DNA of 64,000 nucleotides from an uncultured Gemmatimonadaceae bacterium (GTDB lineage Bacteria; Gemmatimonadota; Gemmatimonadetes; Gemmatimonadales; Gemmatimonadaceae). Below, piece after piece: positions 42,428 to 52,259 of this stretch (the first letter of the stretch is position 1; each line of letters begins with the position of its first letter). Location of the stretch: contig CAWHHI010000006.1 of assembly GCA_963829055.1 (NCBI GenBank), positions 320,001 through 384,000 of the forward strand. Direction: 5' to 3'. Under the pieces are notes generated by a model, which saw only the letters and a program-made list of their open reading frames with translations, had not been told where the DNA came from and ran no database searches. The position numbers and the translations under genes are program-made.

Positions 42428-42638
42428 CACGCACCTGATACGCGCCTAACGCTGGCTGCTCGGCCGCCGAACTACGGAACGCAGAAGGCTCAGAGTTCGG
42501 TTGACGTGCTTGACGAAGCACCCAGACGCATCAGCGCTGGTGGGCAGCAGCGTCGCCACCTCACCAGCGTGATCGGTCCCGAGGGACCGCGGAACGATCG
42601 CGGCGTCCGGCCGGCCGGACGCCGCGAAGGAGCGTGAC

Positions 42639-43178
42639 TTAGCGACCAGCCGGGGCCGGAGCGGCCTGCGGGAGGATCACCGCGTCGATGATGTGAATGA
42701 CGCCGTTGGACGCCTGCACATCGGCCGTGACGACGTTGATGCCGTTCACGTACACCTTGCCGCCGCGAACGACGATGTCGAGCGGAAGGCCGTTCACGGT
42801 GTTGGGCGTCGCGCCGTTCGTCTTCACGATGTCGGCGGCCATGACCTTCCCGCTCACGACGTGGTACGTCAGGATCGACGTGAGCTTCTCCTTGTCGGCG
42901 AGCAGCGCTTCGACCGTCCCGGCCGGAAGCTTCGCGAACGCGGCGTCAGTCGGGGCGAAGACCGTGAACGGGCCCGGGCCCGAAAGCGTCTCGACGAGAC
43001 CAGCCGCCTTCACCGCGGCGACGAGCGTGTTGAAGCTGCCTGCTTCGACGGCGACCTGCACGATGTTCTTCATTGGCTTCTTGTCCTTGGTGGAGGCGTT
43101 CTGCGCCGACGCGAGTGCCGGCACGGTGAAGACGGTGGCCAGGGCGGCGACCATCCAGATCCTGGTGTTGCGCTGCAT
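42639..43178 (-). CDS. Secreted fasciclin (FAS1) domain protein
   Basis: [30 protein letters not shown]. Confidence 0.95.
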   Translation of the reverse strand: MQRNTRIWMVAALATVFTVPALASAQNASTKDKKPMKNIVQVAVEAGSFNTLVAAVKAAGLVETLSGPGPFTVFAPTDAAFAKLPAGTVEALLADKEKLTSILTYHVVSGKVMAADIVKTNGATPNTVNGLPLDIVVRGGKVYVNGINVVTADVQASNGVIHIIDAVILPQAAPAPAGR

Positions 43179-43241
43179 TGCTGCTCCCTTGTTTCGAGTG
43201 TTTTGTTCGAAGTCCGCGTGATCTCCGGCGTGAGCCGCGAC

Positions 43242-43469
43242 CTACGCCCGCGCCGCTCGCGCCGGTGCCAGCCACCGTCGCTGAATGCCCTGCCACTGCA
43301 TGGCCTGATAGAGCGCAGACAGGCCGACGAGCACGTAGACCACGCGCCCCACCGACGACATCGGGCCGAACAGCGTGGCTACGACGTCGATACCGGCGGA
43401 GCCAACCAGGCCCCAGTTCAGCCCGCCGATGACCAGCAGGATGGCGGCGACTACATCGAGCTTCTTCAT
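43242..43469 (-). CDS. DUF378 small membrane protein
   Basis: LLVIGGLNWGLVG...RVVYVLVGLSALY. Confidence 0.92.
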   Translation of the reverse strand: MKKLDVVAAILLVIGGLNWGLVGSAGIDVVATLFGPMSSVGRVVYVLVGLSALYQAMQWQGIQRRWLAPARAARA

Positions 43470-43526
43470 TGCTGCTACCTCGTCGTTTTTGGAGTACTGC
43501 GTCCTGCGGTCGTCAAAGCGATCATC

Positions 43527-43613
43527 TGTCCAAGCGTTGTTCAGGTACAATCGCTACATGTCCGCCGCATGTCAAGGCGTTGTTCATAGTTTTTAATTGA
43601 CAAGTATTGGACA
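43527..43613. promoter_or_regulatory. Candidate CarH/LitR operator: 11-bp periodic TnnACA repeats
   Basis: Minus-strand units at 43527 and 43538, then 43559, 43570 and 43581; plus-strand TTGACA at 43597 and TGGACA at 43608. Confidence 0.65.
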
Positions 43614-43632
43614 AACGACGACATTCACAACT

Positions 43633-44616
43633 ATGGAAGACACAGCGCCCAAGCACCCGATTGCCGTCGTAGCCGAACGAACCGGACTCTCCCAGGACAT
43701 CCTGCGGGTGTGGGAGCGTCGATACCGGGCGGTTGAACCGAGTCGTGGCGTTGGCGGCCATCGGGCTTACTCGGACGCCGACGTCACACGCCTCCGGCTT
43801 CTGCACGCTGTCACGAACGCCGGTCGCAGCATTGGGCAGGTCGCGCACTTGCCGATCGACGAGCTGTCGCGCATGGCGCAGGAAGACGAGGCCGCACGCT
43901 CCGAACGCGCGAACGCCCGAGCGGGTGGACCGAGGCGCGGCGCTCTCCCTGAAGTCGATGACATCGTCGTGCGAGCGCTCGATCTGACATCGAGACTCGA
44001 TGGTGTAGAGCTCGAACACCTGCTCCGGCGCGCGATCGCGCAGGTCGGGATCTCCGCCTTCATTGAAGACGTGGCATCGCCCATCCTCCGCCGCATCGGC
44101 GACGACTGGCACGCCGGACGCTCGACGATCGCCCACGAGCACCTGGCGTCGTCGACGATCTACGACCTCGTGACCGAAGCGATGCGCTCCATGGCTCGCG
44201 GAAGCGGCGACGCAACGGTTCTCGTCGCCACGCCGGAAGGCGAGCGGCACGTCATTGGCGCGGCTCTGGTAGGCGCGGCCGCGGCGAGCGACGGATGGCG
44301 CGTGGTTTACCTCGGCGCCGACCTGCCCGCGAGTGAGATCGCTTCGGCGACCATCGCGACGCACGCGCGCGCCGTCGCGATGAGCATGATCTACGTCCAT
44401 GATCGCAACCGCGCGCTCGCCGAGCTTCGGTCGCTTCGCGTGCTGATCCCACCGACCGTCGCGATCATCGTGGGTGGCGGAGGTGCGCGCGACTTGAAGG
44501 ACGACCTCACCGCACTTGGGATCCGCGTCGGCGACAGCCTCCTCGATCTGCGCAACGCGTTGAACGAGGTGGCGGAGCGGGCGTCGAGCGACGCGGCAAA
44601 GCGGGGAGCGGCGTGA
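43633..44616 (+). CDS. MerR-family regulator with B12-binding domain (CarH/LitR-like photoreceptor)
   Basis: LRVWERRY..V.P.R..GGHR.YS; W-x9-EH (WHAGRSTIAHEH); E-x-H-xx-G (ERHVIG); YLGADLP. Confidence 0.9.
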   Translation: MEDTAPKHPIAVVAERTGLSQDILRVWERRYRAVEPSRGVGGHRAYSDADVTRLRLLHAVTNAGRSIGQVAHLPIDELSRMAQEDEAARSERANARAGGPRRGALPEVDDIVVRALDLTSRLDGVELEHLLRRAIAQVGISAFIEDVASPILRRIGDDWHAGRSTIAHEHLASSTIYDLVTEAMRSMARGSGDATVLVATPEGERHVIGAALVGAAAASDGWRVVYLGADLPASEIASATIATHARAVAMSMIYVHDRNRALAELRSLRVLIPPTVAIIVGGGGARDLKDDLTALGIRVGDSLLDLRNALNEVAERASSDAAKRGAA

Positions 44617-46058
44617 GGCCTGTGGGCGAACGCCTCATTCTCGTCACGGGCGCGAGCGGCTATGTCGGCGGACGGCTCGTGCGCGCGCTCGAGGAACGAG
44701 GGGAGCGAGTCCGATGTCTCGCGCGCCGACCGCAGGATCTCGCCGCGCGGATGCCGCACAGCATCGATGTCGTCGGCGGCGACGTGCTGGACGCGCCGTC
44801 GCTCGAACCCGCGCTGCACGGGGTAGACACCGCCTTCTATCTCGTCCACGGCATGGGATCACGGAGCGATTTCCAGGAGGAGGATCGCCGCGGCGCCGCG
44901 AACTTCGCGCAGGCAGCCCGCGCCGCCGGCGTACGTCGCATCGTCTACCTCGGCGGGCTCGGCACAGCGACCGACCTGTCGCCGCATCTCGCGAGTCGGC
45001 ACGAGGTCGGTCGAATCCTCCGCGAGTCGGGCGTCGATACGATCGAGCTCCGTGCATCGATCATCCTCGGCTCCGGGAGTCTGTCGTTCGAGCTGATCCG
45101 CGCTCTGGTCGAACGGCTGCCGGTGCTCGTGACGCCGAGATGGGTACAGCAGCTCACGCAGCCGATCGCGATCGAGGACGTGATCGCCTACCTCGCGGCG
45201 TCGCCGGATGCGCCGGTGGTCGGGAGCGAGATCGTGGAGATCGGCGGGCCGGATCGGGTGTCGTACCTGGATCTGATGCGGGAACATGCGCGGCAGCGCG
45301 GCCTGAAGCGCCTCATCATCCGGGTCCCTGTTCTCACCCCGTGGCTGTCGAGCCTCTGGCTCGGCCTCGTGACGCCGGTGTACGCGCGGGTCGGGCGCAA
45401 GTTGATCGACAGTCTGCGGAACGAGACCGTCGTCACGTCGCCGCGCGTTCACCAGGTCTTCCCGTCTATCCGGCCGAGGGGCTTCCGCGAGGCGCTCGAG
45501 CGGGCGCGCGCGAACGAAGACCGCGAGCTCGCCGAGACGCGGTGGTCGGACGCGCGGTCGTCGTTAGGTGCGGCGGCGCCATGGGGCGGGGCGGTGTCAG
45601 GGTCGCGGCTGGTCGATTCACGTGCACTGGCGGTCGCGGCGACGTCGCGGGTGTCGTTCGCCGCGATCACGCGCATCGGCGGTGACGTGGGCTGGTACTA
45701 CGCGAACTGGCTGTGGCGACTTCGCGGCGCGCTCGATCTGGTGGTCGGGGGAGCAGGGATGCGCCGCTCTCGGCGCGACCCGGAGGTGTTGTTTCCGGGC
45801 GACCCGCTCGACTTTTGGCGCGTGGAAGCAGTCGAGCGCGACCGGCTCGTTCGCCTGCGTGCGGAGATGAAGGTCCCCGGGCGCGCCTGGCTCCAGTTCG
45901 AGGTCCTGGCCGAGGGCGATCGCAGCGTGATCCGGCAGACGGCGCTATTCGAGCCGCGCGGCCTCGCCGGGCTGGCCTACTGGTACGCGCTCTACCCGCT
46001 CCATAGCCTCATCTTCGCCGGCATGCTCCGCGGAATCGCTACAGCCGCCGAGCGTTAG
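44613..46058 (+). CDS. NAD(P)-binding SDR with C-terminal DUF2867 (YbjT-like)
   Basis: VTGASGYVGGRL, GSGSLSFE, LRAEMKVPG.AWL.F, F.PRGLAG..YWY. Confidence 0.92.
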   Translation: MRPVGERLILVTGASGYVGGRLVRALEERGERVRCLARRPQDLAARMPHSIDVVGGDVLDAPSLEPALHGVDTAFYLVHGMGSRSDFQEEDRRGAANFAQAARAAGVRRIVYLGGLGTATDLSPHLASRHEVGRILRESGVDTIELRASIILGSGSLSFELIRALVERLPVLVTPRWVQQLTQPIAIEDVIAYLAASPDAPVVGSEIVEIGGPDRVSYLDLMREHARQRGLKRLIIRVPVLTPWLSSLWLGLVTPVYARVGRKLIDSLRNETVVTSPRVHQVFPSIRPRGFREALERARANEDRELAETRWSDARSSLGAAAPWGGAVSGSRLVDSRALAVAATSRVSFAAITRIGGDVGWYYANWLWRLRGALDLVVGGAGMRRSRRDPEVLFPGDPLDFWRVEAVERDRLVRLRAEMKVPGRAWLQFEVLAEGDRSVIRQTALFEPRGLAGLAYWYALYPLHSLIFAGMLRGIATAAER

Positions 46059-46209
46059 GCGAGCGGCTCGGGCGACGCGGCGCGGCGCCGGTGCGGTACG
46101 AGGGTAGGCGGCAACGTTAGGGCTGCCATTGCTATTCGGGCAGGGCTATGCTACGTTGCCTCAGCAGCCGATGCGCGGGTCGCGCGTCGAGAGTTCCAAG
46201 AGACAGCTC

Positions 46210-46239
46210 AAAGGCCCGAGCGATTGCTCGGGCCTTTTT
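46210..46239 (+). terminator. Intrinsic terminator-like hairpin upstream of the cold-shock gene
   Basis: AAAGGCCCGAGC-GATT-GCTCGGGCCTTTTT. Confidence 0.65.
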
Positions 46240-46388
46240 CATTGATCTCGATCTGCACGCAGCTGGCGATCTTCGATCGTGAGACGCGGGAACATAGGCA
46301 TCGTGCGATCGATTACCGATTGCACGGCGGTTGGTAAGTACGGCATGTCCGGACTCCGACCGCGAATACACCAATTAGGAGTTCGACC

Positions 46389-46601
46389 ATGCGTTCGACA
46401 GGCACAGTGAAGTGGTTCAACGACGACAAGGGCTTCGGTTTCATCACGCCAGAGAATGGCTCGAAGGATCTGTTCGTCCATCATTCGGCGATTCAGGGCA
46501 GCGGTTTCAAGTCCCTCGCCGAAGGCGATAAGGTCGAGTTCGACGCCGTCCAGGGCCAGAAGGGACCGGCCGCTGAGAACGTGACGAAGATCGCGCGCTA
46601 A
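46389..46601 (+). CDS. cspA: Cold-shock protein
   Basis: [15 protein letters not shown]...[25 protein letters not shown]. Confidence 0.95.
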   Translation: MRSTGTVKWFNDDKGFGFITPENGSKDLFVHHSAIQGSGFKSLAEGDKVEFDAVQGQKGPAAENVTKIAR

Positions 46602-46622
46602 GCTCGCGAACCACGCGCTGTT

Positions 46623-46659
46623 GACACGCCCCGCTCGGCTTAGCCGAGCGGGGCGTGTC
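46623..46659 (+). terminator. GC-rich hairpin after csp
   Basis: GACACGCCCCGCTCGGC-TTA-GCCGAGCGGGGCGTGTC, a 17-bp stem. Confidence 0.65.
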
Positions 46660-46687
46660 GCGTTCGGGCCATGGCATCAGTCGCTAC

Positions 46688-46953
46688 TCCGACTGCGGAA
46701 CGCAGAACACGCAGGCGCGCTTCGCGCGCAACGCAGAAGGACGCAGAAAACTGCACCACACCTCGGGCGACATCTTCCTCTCGCCGAGGCCGTGAAAAAG
46801 GGGAACTACCTCGGGCAGGCCAATGGCTCGCCCGAGGTCGTTCCCCTTTGTCAAAGGCCTGGTGCACCGCCGGCGTCCCGAGCGGCCGTTTTCTGCGTCG
46901 TTCTGCGACGGCCGCGTCAGCGGCCCTGCGCGTTCTGCGTTCCGCAGTTCGGA
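46688..46953. repeat. ~265-bp nested inverted-repeat element, copy 2 (inverted relative to 34663-34920)
   Basis: Shares CGCAACGCAGAAGGACGCAGAAA, AAACGGCCGCTCGGGAC, the central AAAGGGG..GACCTCGG stem and TTCACGGCC with copy 1. Confidence 0.85.
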
Positions 46954-47029
46954 CCCGCGATGATGCCGGCGTGTCGTTAGGCATCGACGCCAGCATTGAG
47001 TGGTCATCCTGTCCACCTTGTCGAGCAGT

Positions 47030-47698
47030 TCACGCAGCCTCGACCTCCGACTCCTCGATGCGGTCGGTCGCCGCGTCCGGGTGTTCGCCGAGGAACTCGA
47101 CCCAGACTTTCTTGATCTGCGGGTAGTGCTTCGTCGCTTCGACGAGGTCGAGAAAGCAGCCTAACGTGCGGGCCAGGCGGTCCTGCAAGGCCGAGTCCTT
47201 GAGCTGCCCCCCTTCTCCCCACGCCTGATGGGCCTGCGCGAGCGAAAACATGTCAGGGTAGACGCGCGTCCCGAGATGCTCGAATGGAATGCGGAGCGCC
47301 CAGAGCCCTCGATTGCCACCGACCATCGACGGCGACGCTGACATGAGCAACGCCTGCTTGCCGTTGAACGGCTGGGGGCGAAAGCGCGATACCCAGTCGA
47401 TCAGATTCTTGATCGTCGCCGGCATCGACGAGTTGTACTCCGGCGACGCGACGATCAGTGCGTCGGACGCCCTGAGCCGCTCGCAGAATCGATGCGCCCC
47501 GATCGGTGGGCCGGTGTCGACCTCGATGTCGTGATCGTAGAACGGACAGTCGAAGTCGCTGATCTCCGCTGCATCGGCCGTGGCGCCGCTATCGCTGACG
47601 AGCTTGGCGGCGAGTGTCGCGAGTCGGTTGTTCTGCGACGTGCTCGAGAGCGATGCGCCGAGTACCAACACGCGCACGTCGCGGTCGTGGTGCCCCAT
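47030..47698 (-). CDS. NADPH-dependent FMN reductase
   Basis: ASPEYNSS.P...KN.IDW.SR, SASP...GG.RGL. Confidence 0.92.
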   Translation of the reverse strand: MGHHDRDVRVLVLGASLSSTSQNNRLATLAAKLVSDSGATADAAEISDFDCPFYDHDIEVDTGPPIGAHRFCERLRASDALIVASPEYNSSMPATIKNLIDWVSRFRPQPFNGKQALLMSASPSMVGGNRGLWALRIPFEHLGTRVYPDMFSLAQAHQAWGEGGQLKDSALQDRLARTLGCFLDLVEATKHYPQIKKVWVEFLGEHPDAATDRIEESEVEAA

Positions 47699-47831
47699 GA
47701 ATGCCTCCGTCGGGTTGTCTCTCCATCGTGCAGGGAGTAGGCCGAAGGGCCTGAGGAACGAGGGCCCGGGGTTGCCATTCGCGCAGGAGTCGATCGAGCT
47801 TCATCCATTGTCCATCCGCTCGGAGCTGCCG

Positions 47832-48407
47832 ATGCCGTTGACGTACGCACACACCGCGATTCGCGACGACCAGGTTCCTGTGGCCGCTGAGCCGCTCGTT
47901 CAGCATGCGCTCGATACGTACGCGAGCGAAACGAACAAGGTCGCGTCCGTGTGGGGTGAGTTTCGCGATGATGATCTCGCGTATCGCCCTCACGCTCGGG
48001 CGAGCACGGTTGGCGACATTCTCACGCATCAGCTCCTGTCCGAGCGCCGCTTCTTCGGCGAATTCCTCGGCGCACCCGAACCGCCGCCGGCGGATGTGCT
48101 TCCGGCCGTGCTCACGGTGCATTCGGCGCGCGATCGTCTCGTCGCACTCGCGCTGCCGCGTCTGGCATTTCTCGCGGTGCGGAAGGCTGAGTGGTGGACG
48201 CAGCGCGCCCCGTTCTTCGACGTCGAACGCACACGCGCGTGGATCTTCTGGCGTCGCGTGCTTCACACGGCGCACCATCGCACGCAACTGACGGTGTACC
48301 TGCGGATGATGGATCGGGCGGTTCCGGCAACGTATGGTCCCACTGCGGATGTCAAATGGGACGGGGCAGACGCGACACATTCCGTGGAGGCGGCTGGACG
48401 CAAGTAA
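47832..48407 (+). CDS. DinB family protein
   Basis: YRPH.RA.TV..I..HQL, LHTAHHRTQLTVYLR...VP.TYGPTAD. Confidence 0.9.
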   Translation: MPLTYAHTAIRDDQVPVAAEPLVQHALDTYASETNKVASVWGEFRDDDLAYRPHARASTVGDILTHQLLSERRFFGEFLGAPEPPPADVLPAVLTVHSARDRLVALALPRLAFLAVRKAEWWTQRAPFFDVERTRAWIFWRRVLHTAHHRTQLTVYLRMMDRAVPATYGPTADVKWDGADATHSVEAAGRK

Positions 48408-48653
48408 ACGGCAGCCTGGCGCTGCACGCAGCTGCACGCTGGGCACGTCTGCCGACGGCTGCATGCTGCGGCCGCACGCTGCCCGCTGCTGCTATTAGCG
48501 CCCAGCATCCTACGCGCTGCTCGCAGCTAGCACCCAGCGTCACCCAGCAACAAGCACGATCACCCAGCAACCAGCCGCAGTCCGGTCGGCCTCCCAGCCT
48601 TGCGCAACTCCCGTCTCACTCATATCCTCGACATTGTCTAACAAATAGAGATC

Positions 48654-48971
48654 ATGCTCGGCGAACTCGAACAGATCGTCCTTCTCGCCGTCCTCCGCGT
48701 TGGCGACGCCGCCTACGGCGTTCCCGTCCACGACGAGATCGTGCGCCTGACCGGGCGCGACCTCACAGTCGGCACCGTCTACAAGACCCTGTCGCGGCTC
48801 GAGGACAAAGGACTCGTGCGCTCCTACGAAGGAGAGCCCACCGCGCAACGCGGCGGGCGCCGCACCCGCTGCTTTACCGTGACGATCACCGGGCGACGCG
48901 CGCTCGAAGCCACGCTCTCCGTGCTTCGCCGCATGGCCGTGGGTCTCGACGTCGGACTCGAGCCAACGTGA
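48654..48971 (+). CDS. PadR family transcriptional regulator
   Basis: LGELEQIVLLAVL...AYGV.....G.VY.TL.RLE.KG...RGGR. Confidence 0.92.
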   Translation: MLGELEQIVLLAVLRVGDAAYGVPVHDEIVRLTGRDLTVGTVYKTLSRLEDKGLVRSYEGEPTAQRGGRRTRCFTVTITGRRALEATLSVLRRMAVGLDVGLEPT

Positions 48972-51565
48972 CGCCACCATCAACCCCGCTGGCGTACCGG
49001 CTTCTCGACCGGTTCCTGCCGCCGCGAACCGCCGATGCCGTCATCGGCGATCTCATCGAGCGTGACGTGACCGGGCTGCGCCTCTGGCGCGAGACGCTCG
49101 TCGCGCTCTGGCACCTCCGCGAACGCACGCCAAAACAGGTGGAACTCATGTCGTCGTTCCTGTCCGATCTCCGACTCGCGCTTCGACTGCTCGCGCGCGC
49201 GCCGACCTTCGCCTTCACCGCGATCCTCACTCTCGCCGTCGCGATCGGCGCGACGACCGCGATCTTCAGCGTCGCGAATCCCGTCCTCCTCCAGCCGCTG
49301 CCGTACCCGAATCCGGAGCGCATCGTAGACGTCTGGGAGCGCAACCGCGAGGGCGGACGAGACAACGTCGGGTTCGCGACGTTCCGCGACTTCGCCGACA
49401 GGTCGACCACGATCGAATCGGCAGCCGCCATTGGCTCGTGGCAACCAACGCTCTCCGACGGCGACAACCCGGAGCTCGTCAGCGGCTTGCGCGTGTCGTC
49501 GACCTACTTTCGTACGCTCGGCGTCCAGCCCGCGTTAGGCCGAGGCTTCCGCGCCGACGAAGACGTGCCCGGCGTGCCTCGCGTCGTCGTCCTCAGCTAC
49601 TCGCTCTGGCAACGACGCTTCGGCGGCGATCCCGCGATCATCGGGAAGCCGATCTCGATCGGCGGTACGCCGATGGAGGTCGTCGGCGTCATGCCTAACG
49701 GCTTCAGCGACGTCGCCGCGCCGCAAGCGCAGATCTGGCGCGTGCTCGGCTACGCGGTCACGGACCCGTATGCCTGTCGCACCTGCCATCACCTGCGGAT
49801 GGTCGCCCGGATCCGCCCCGGCGTGACACTCGAGCGCGCACAGAGTGAGCTGGACAAGATCCACGGTGTCATGCTCGCCGAGCATCCGAAGGAGTACGCG
49901 TCCGTGGGAGCGGCGGTCGTCGCACTCAAGGACGACGTGACGACCGCGTACAAGCCCGCCTTGCTCGCGCTCACCGCCGCGGTTGCACTCATGCTGATCA
50001 TCGCTATCGCGAACGTCGCCAGCCTGCAGCTCGCGCGACTCGTCAGGCGCGATGAGGAGTTCGCGATCAGAACCGCGCTCGGGGCGAGCAGCCCGAGGCT
50101 CGCGCGGCAATTGCTGACTGAGGCGTTGCTGATCGCCGTGTTCGGCGGCGTGGCCGGCGTCGTCTTCGCGGCGCTCGCCATTCCGGCGCTCGTGGCGAAG
50201 CTTCCGCCCGCTCTCCCGAGGCTCGATGCCATTCACCTCGATTTCGCCGCGCTCGGCGTCGTCGCGGGGATCGTGCTCGTCCTGACGCTCGTGGTCGGGC
50301 TCGCGCCGCGTCGAGGGCGACGCGTGGCCAACGTCGCTGACGGCCTGCGGAGCGGGCGCCGCCTAACGGGAACGCGTCACTCGGCCCTGCGCGCGGGGCT
50401 CGTCGTGACGGAGCTTGCGCTCGCGCTGATGCTGCTCGTGAGCGCCGGCCTGCTCGCGCGGAGCGTCGTGCGGCTGCTCGATGTCGACAAGGGATTCGAC
50501 GCCAACAATCTGCTGACGCTCGGAATCAACTCCGTCGGTGCGGGCTACCCGGACGACGCGTCCGTCTTCCGATACCACGATCGTGTACGCGACGCAGTGC
50601 GCGCGATCCCGGGCGTCACGAGCGTCGGCGTCGTGAATCAGCTCCCGCTCGGGGGCAACATGGATCGGTACGGCGTCACGGCCATGGACAAGCCGACCGC
50701 GAATCCGGAAGACGTCCCATCCGGGGACCGGTATGTCGTGTCCGCCGACTATCTGAAGACGATGCGCATTGGCGTGATCGCCGGACGTGGCTTCACGATC
50801 GAGGACGAGCGCGACACGACGAATCTCGTTGCGCTCGTGAGCCAGGCACTGGCGGCGAAGATCTGGGGTGGTGAGAGCCCACTCGGCAAGCGCATTCGAC
50901 TCGGCGGACCGACGCGTCCGTGGCGGACGGTCATTGGAGTGACGAAGAACGTCCGCCACAGCGGTCTCGACGCAACGGAGACGCTGCAATTCTACGTGCC
51001 CGAACGCCAGTGGTTCTCGTCGGACAACCAGGAAGTGCTGGTGATTCGCACGCAGGGTGATCCTAACGCGGTCGCGGGAGCGGTACGCCAGACGATTCAC
51101 GACATGGACCCGACGCAACCGATCGTCGGCATGGCGGCAATGGACGATGTCATCGCGGCGTCCACGGCGCAGCGTCGTCTCGCACTGGTCTTGTTCGCTG
51201 GGTTCGCGACCGCGGCCGTGCTGCTCGCGGTGGCGGGAATCTACGGCGTGCTCGCGGGCAACGTGGCCGAGCGGACGCGCGAGATCGGGTTGCGAGCGGC
51301 GTTGGGCGCGACGCCTAACAGGATCCTGCAACTCGTGGTGGGGCAGGGCGCCCGCCTCGCGGTGATCGGTCTTTGCCTCGGCCTCCTCGGCGCGTTAGGC
51401 ATCACGCGATCGCTGCAGGCGCTCCTGTTTGGTGTCGGTCCACACGATCCGATCACGATCGTGGCCGCAACCGCGCTCCTGCTGGTGACGACACTGGTTG
51501 CGTGTCTCGTGCCCGCAGTACGCGCGGTTCGGGTCGATCCCAGTCAGGCGTTCAGGAGCGAATGA
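48968..51565 (+). CDS. ADOP-family duplicated ABC permease
   Basis: GTG start overlaps the PadR stop; GDL.E leader, GATTAIFSV, LPYP, REIGLRAALGA, VDPSQAFRSE. The ORF-track start at 48191 is over-extended. Confidence 0.92.
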   Translation: MTPPSTPLAYRLLDRFLPPRTADAVIGDLIERDVTGLRLWRETLVALWHLRERTPKQVELMSSFLSDLRLALRLLARAPTFAFTAILTLAVAIGATTAIFSVANPVLLQPLPYPNPERIVDVWERNREGGRDNVGFATFRDFADRSTTIESAAAIGSWQPTLSDGDNPELVSGLRVSSTYFRTLGVQPALGRGFRADEDVPGVPRVVVLSYSLWQRRFGGDPAIIGKPISIGGTPMEVVGVMPNGFSDVAAPQAQIWRVLGYAVTDPYACRTCHHLRMVARIRPGVTLERAQSELDKIHGVMLAEHPKEYASVGAAVVALKDDVTTAYKPALLALTAAVALMLIIAIANVASLQLARLVRRDEEFAIRTALGASSPRLARQLLTEALLIAVFGGVAGVVFAALAIPALVAKLPPALPRLDAIHLDFAALGVVAGIVLVLTLVVGLAPRRGRRVANVADGLRSGRRLTGTRHSALRAGLVVTELALALMLLVSAGLLARSVVRLLDVDKGFDANNLLTLGINSVGAGYPDDASVFRYHDRVRDAVRAIPGVTSVGVVNQLPLGGNMDRYGVTAMDKPTANPEDVPSGDRYVVSADYLKTMRIGVIAGRGFTIEDERDTTNLVALVSQALAAKIWGGESPLGKRIRLGGPTRPWRTVIGVTKNVRHSGLDATETLQFYVPERQWFSSDNQEVLVIRTQGDPNAVAGAVRQTIHDMDPTQPIVGMAAMDDVIAASTAQRRLALVLFAGFATAAVLLAVAGIYGVLAGNVAERTREIGLRAALGATPNRILQLVVGQGARLAVIGLCLGLLGALGITRSLQALLFGVGPHDPITIVAATALLLVTTLVACLVPAVRAVRVDPSQAFRSE

Positions 51566-51599
51566 GACCGGCTGCGTGCTTCCGTTTGCTCCCGGGCGG

Positions 51600-52052
51600 T
51601 CAGTCGGCGCGGCCGCGGCCTGGCTCGCGGAGCGAGTGAGTGATCGCGGCGATCTGCTGGCGCGCAGCCTCCATCTCCGCTGCGACCGCACGTTGTTCAA
51701 TGGCGGCCTCGAGCACACGACTGTGCAGCTTTCGCGCAGCCTCGGCTGCCTCTCGCGCGGCCTCGGCGTTCACTCTCGCTTCTTCGGCGTACTGGCGAGC
51801 GCTTTCGCCCGCTCGGCGAGCCGCCTCGGCTTCGATTCTCAGCGCTTCGCGCGCTTCTCGAAGGAGCTCGGCGTCGGTGCGTCCAGTCTCCGCGGTGTCC
51901 CGGTCGGTCTCGGCGTCGGATGCCATGTCGGCACGCGATGCGCGCTCCGCTTCAGCAATCTCCCGACTCTCTTCAGCGGTTTCGCGATGGCGCTCGCCTA
52001 CTTCGCGGTCCCGTTCGTTGTCGCCGTGCGTCGATCGATGGGCGTGTGTCAT
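51600..52052 (-). CDS. Coiled-coil hypothetical protein
   Basis: E/R/A-rich heptad-like repeats; GAGG RBS. Confidence 0.7.
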   Translation of the reverse strand: MTHAHRSTHGDNERDREVGERHRETAEESREIAEAERASRADMASDAETDRDTAETGRTDAELLREAREALRIEAEAARRAGESARQYAEEARVNAEAAREAAEAARKLHSRVLEAAIEQRAVAAEMEAARQQIAAITHSLREPGRGRAD

Positions 52053-52259
52053 GGCTACCTCGTCAGGTCCCGCGAGTTCTTCGTGCGCCTATGCGCGCCC
52101 GGTCCAGCGTCGACGCCAATACGGGTTCGGCGGACGCAGGCTCGCACTACGACGGTACGCCACTTGATCGCGAATGGACAGTGCGGACCTCGTGATCCTC
52201 GCGACTTCAGCCGTAGGACGCCGCAGACTGTCGCTCACTCGAGGGCGCGCGACCCAACG

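Noticed and set aside
48191..48967. N-terminal extension of the 1124-aa permease ORF
   Set aside because: It overlaps DinB, a repeat patch and PadR in other frames; the GTG at 48968 fits better.
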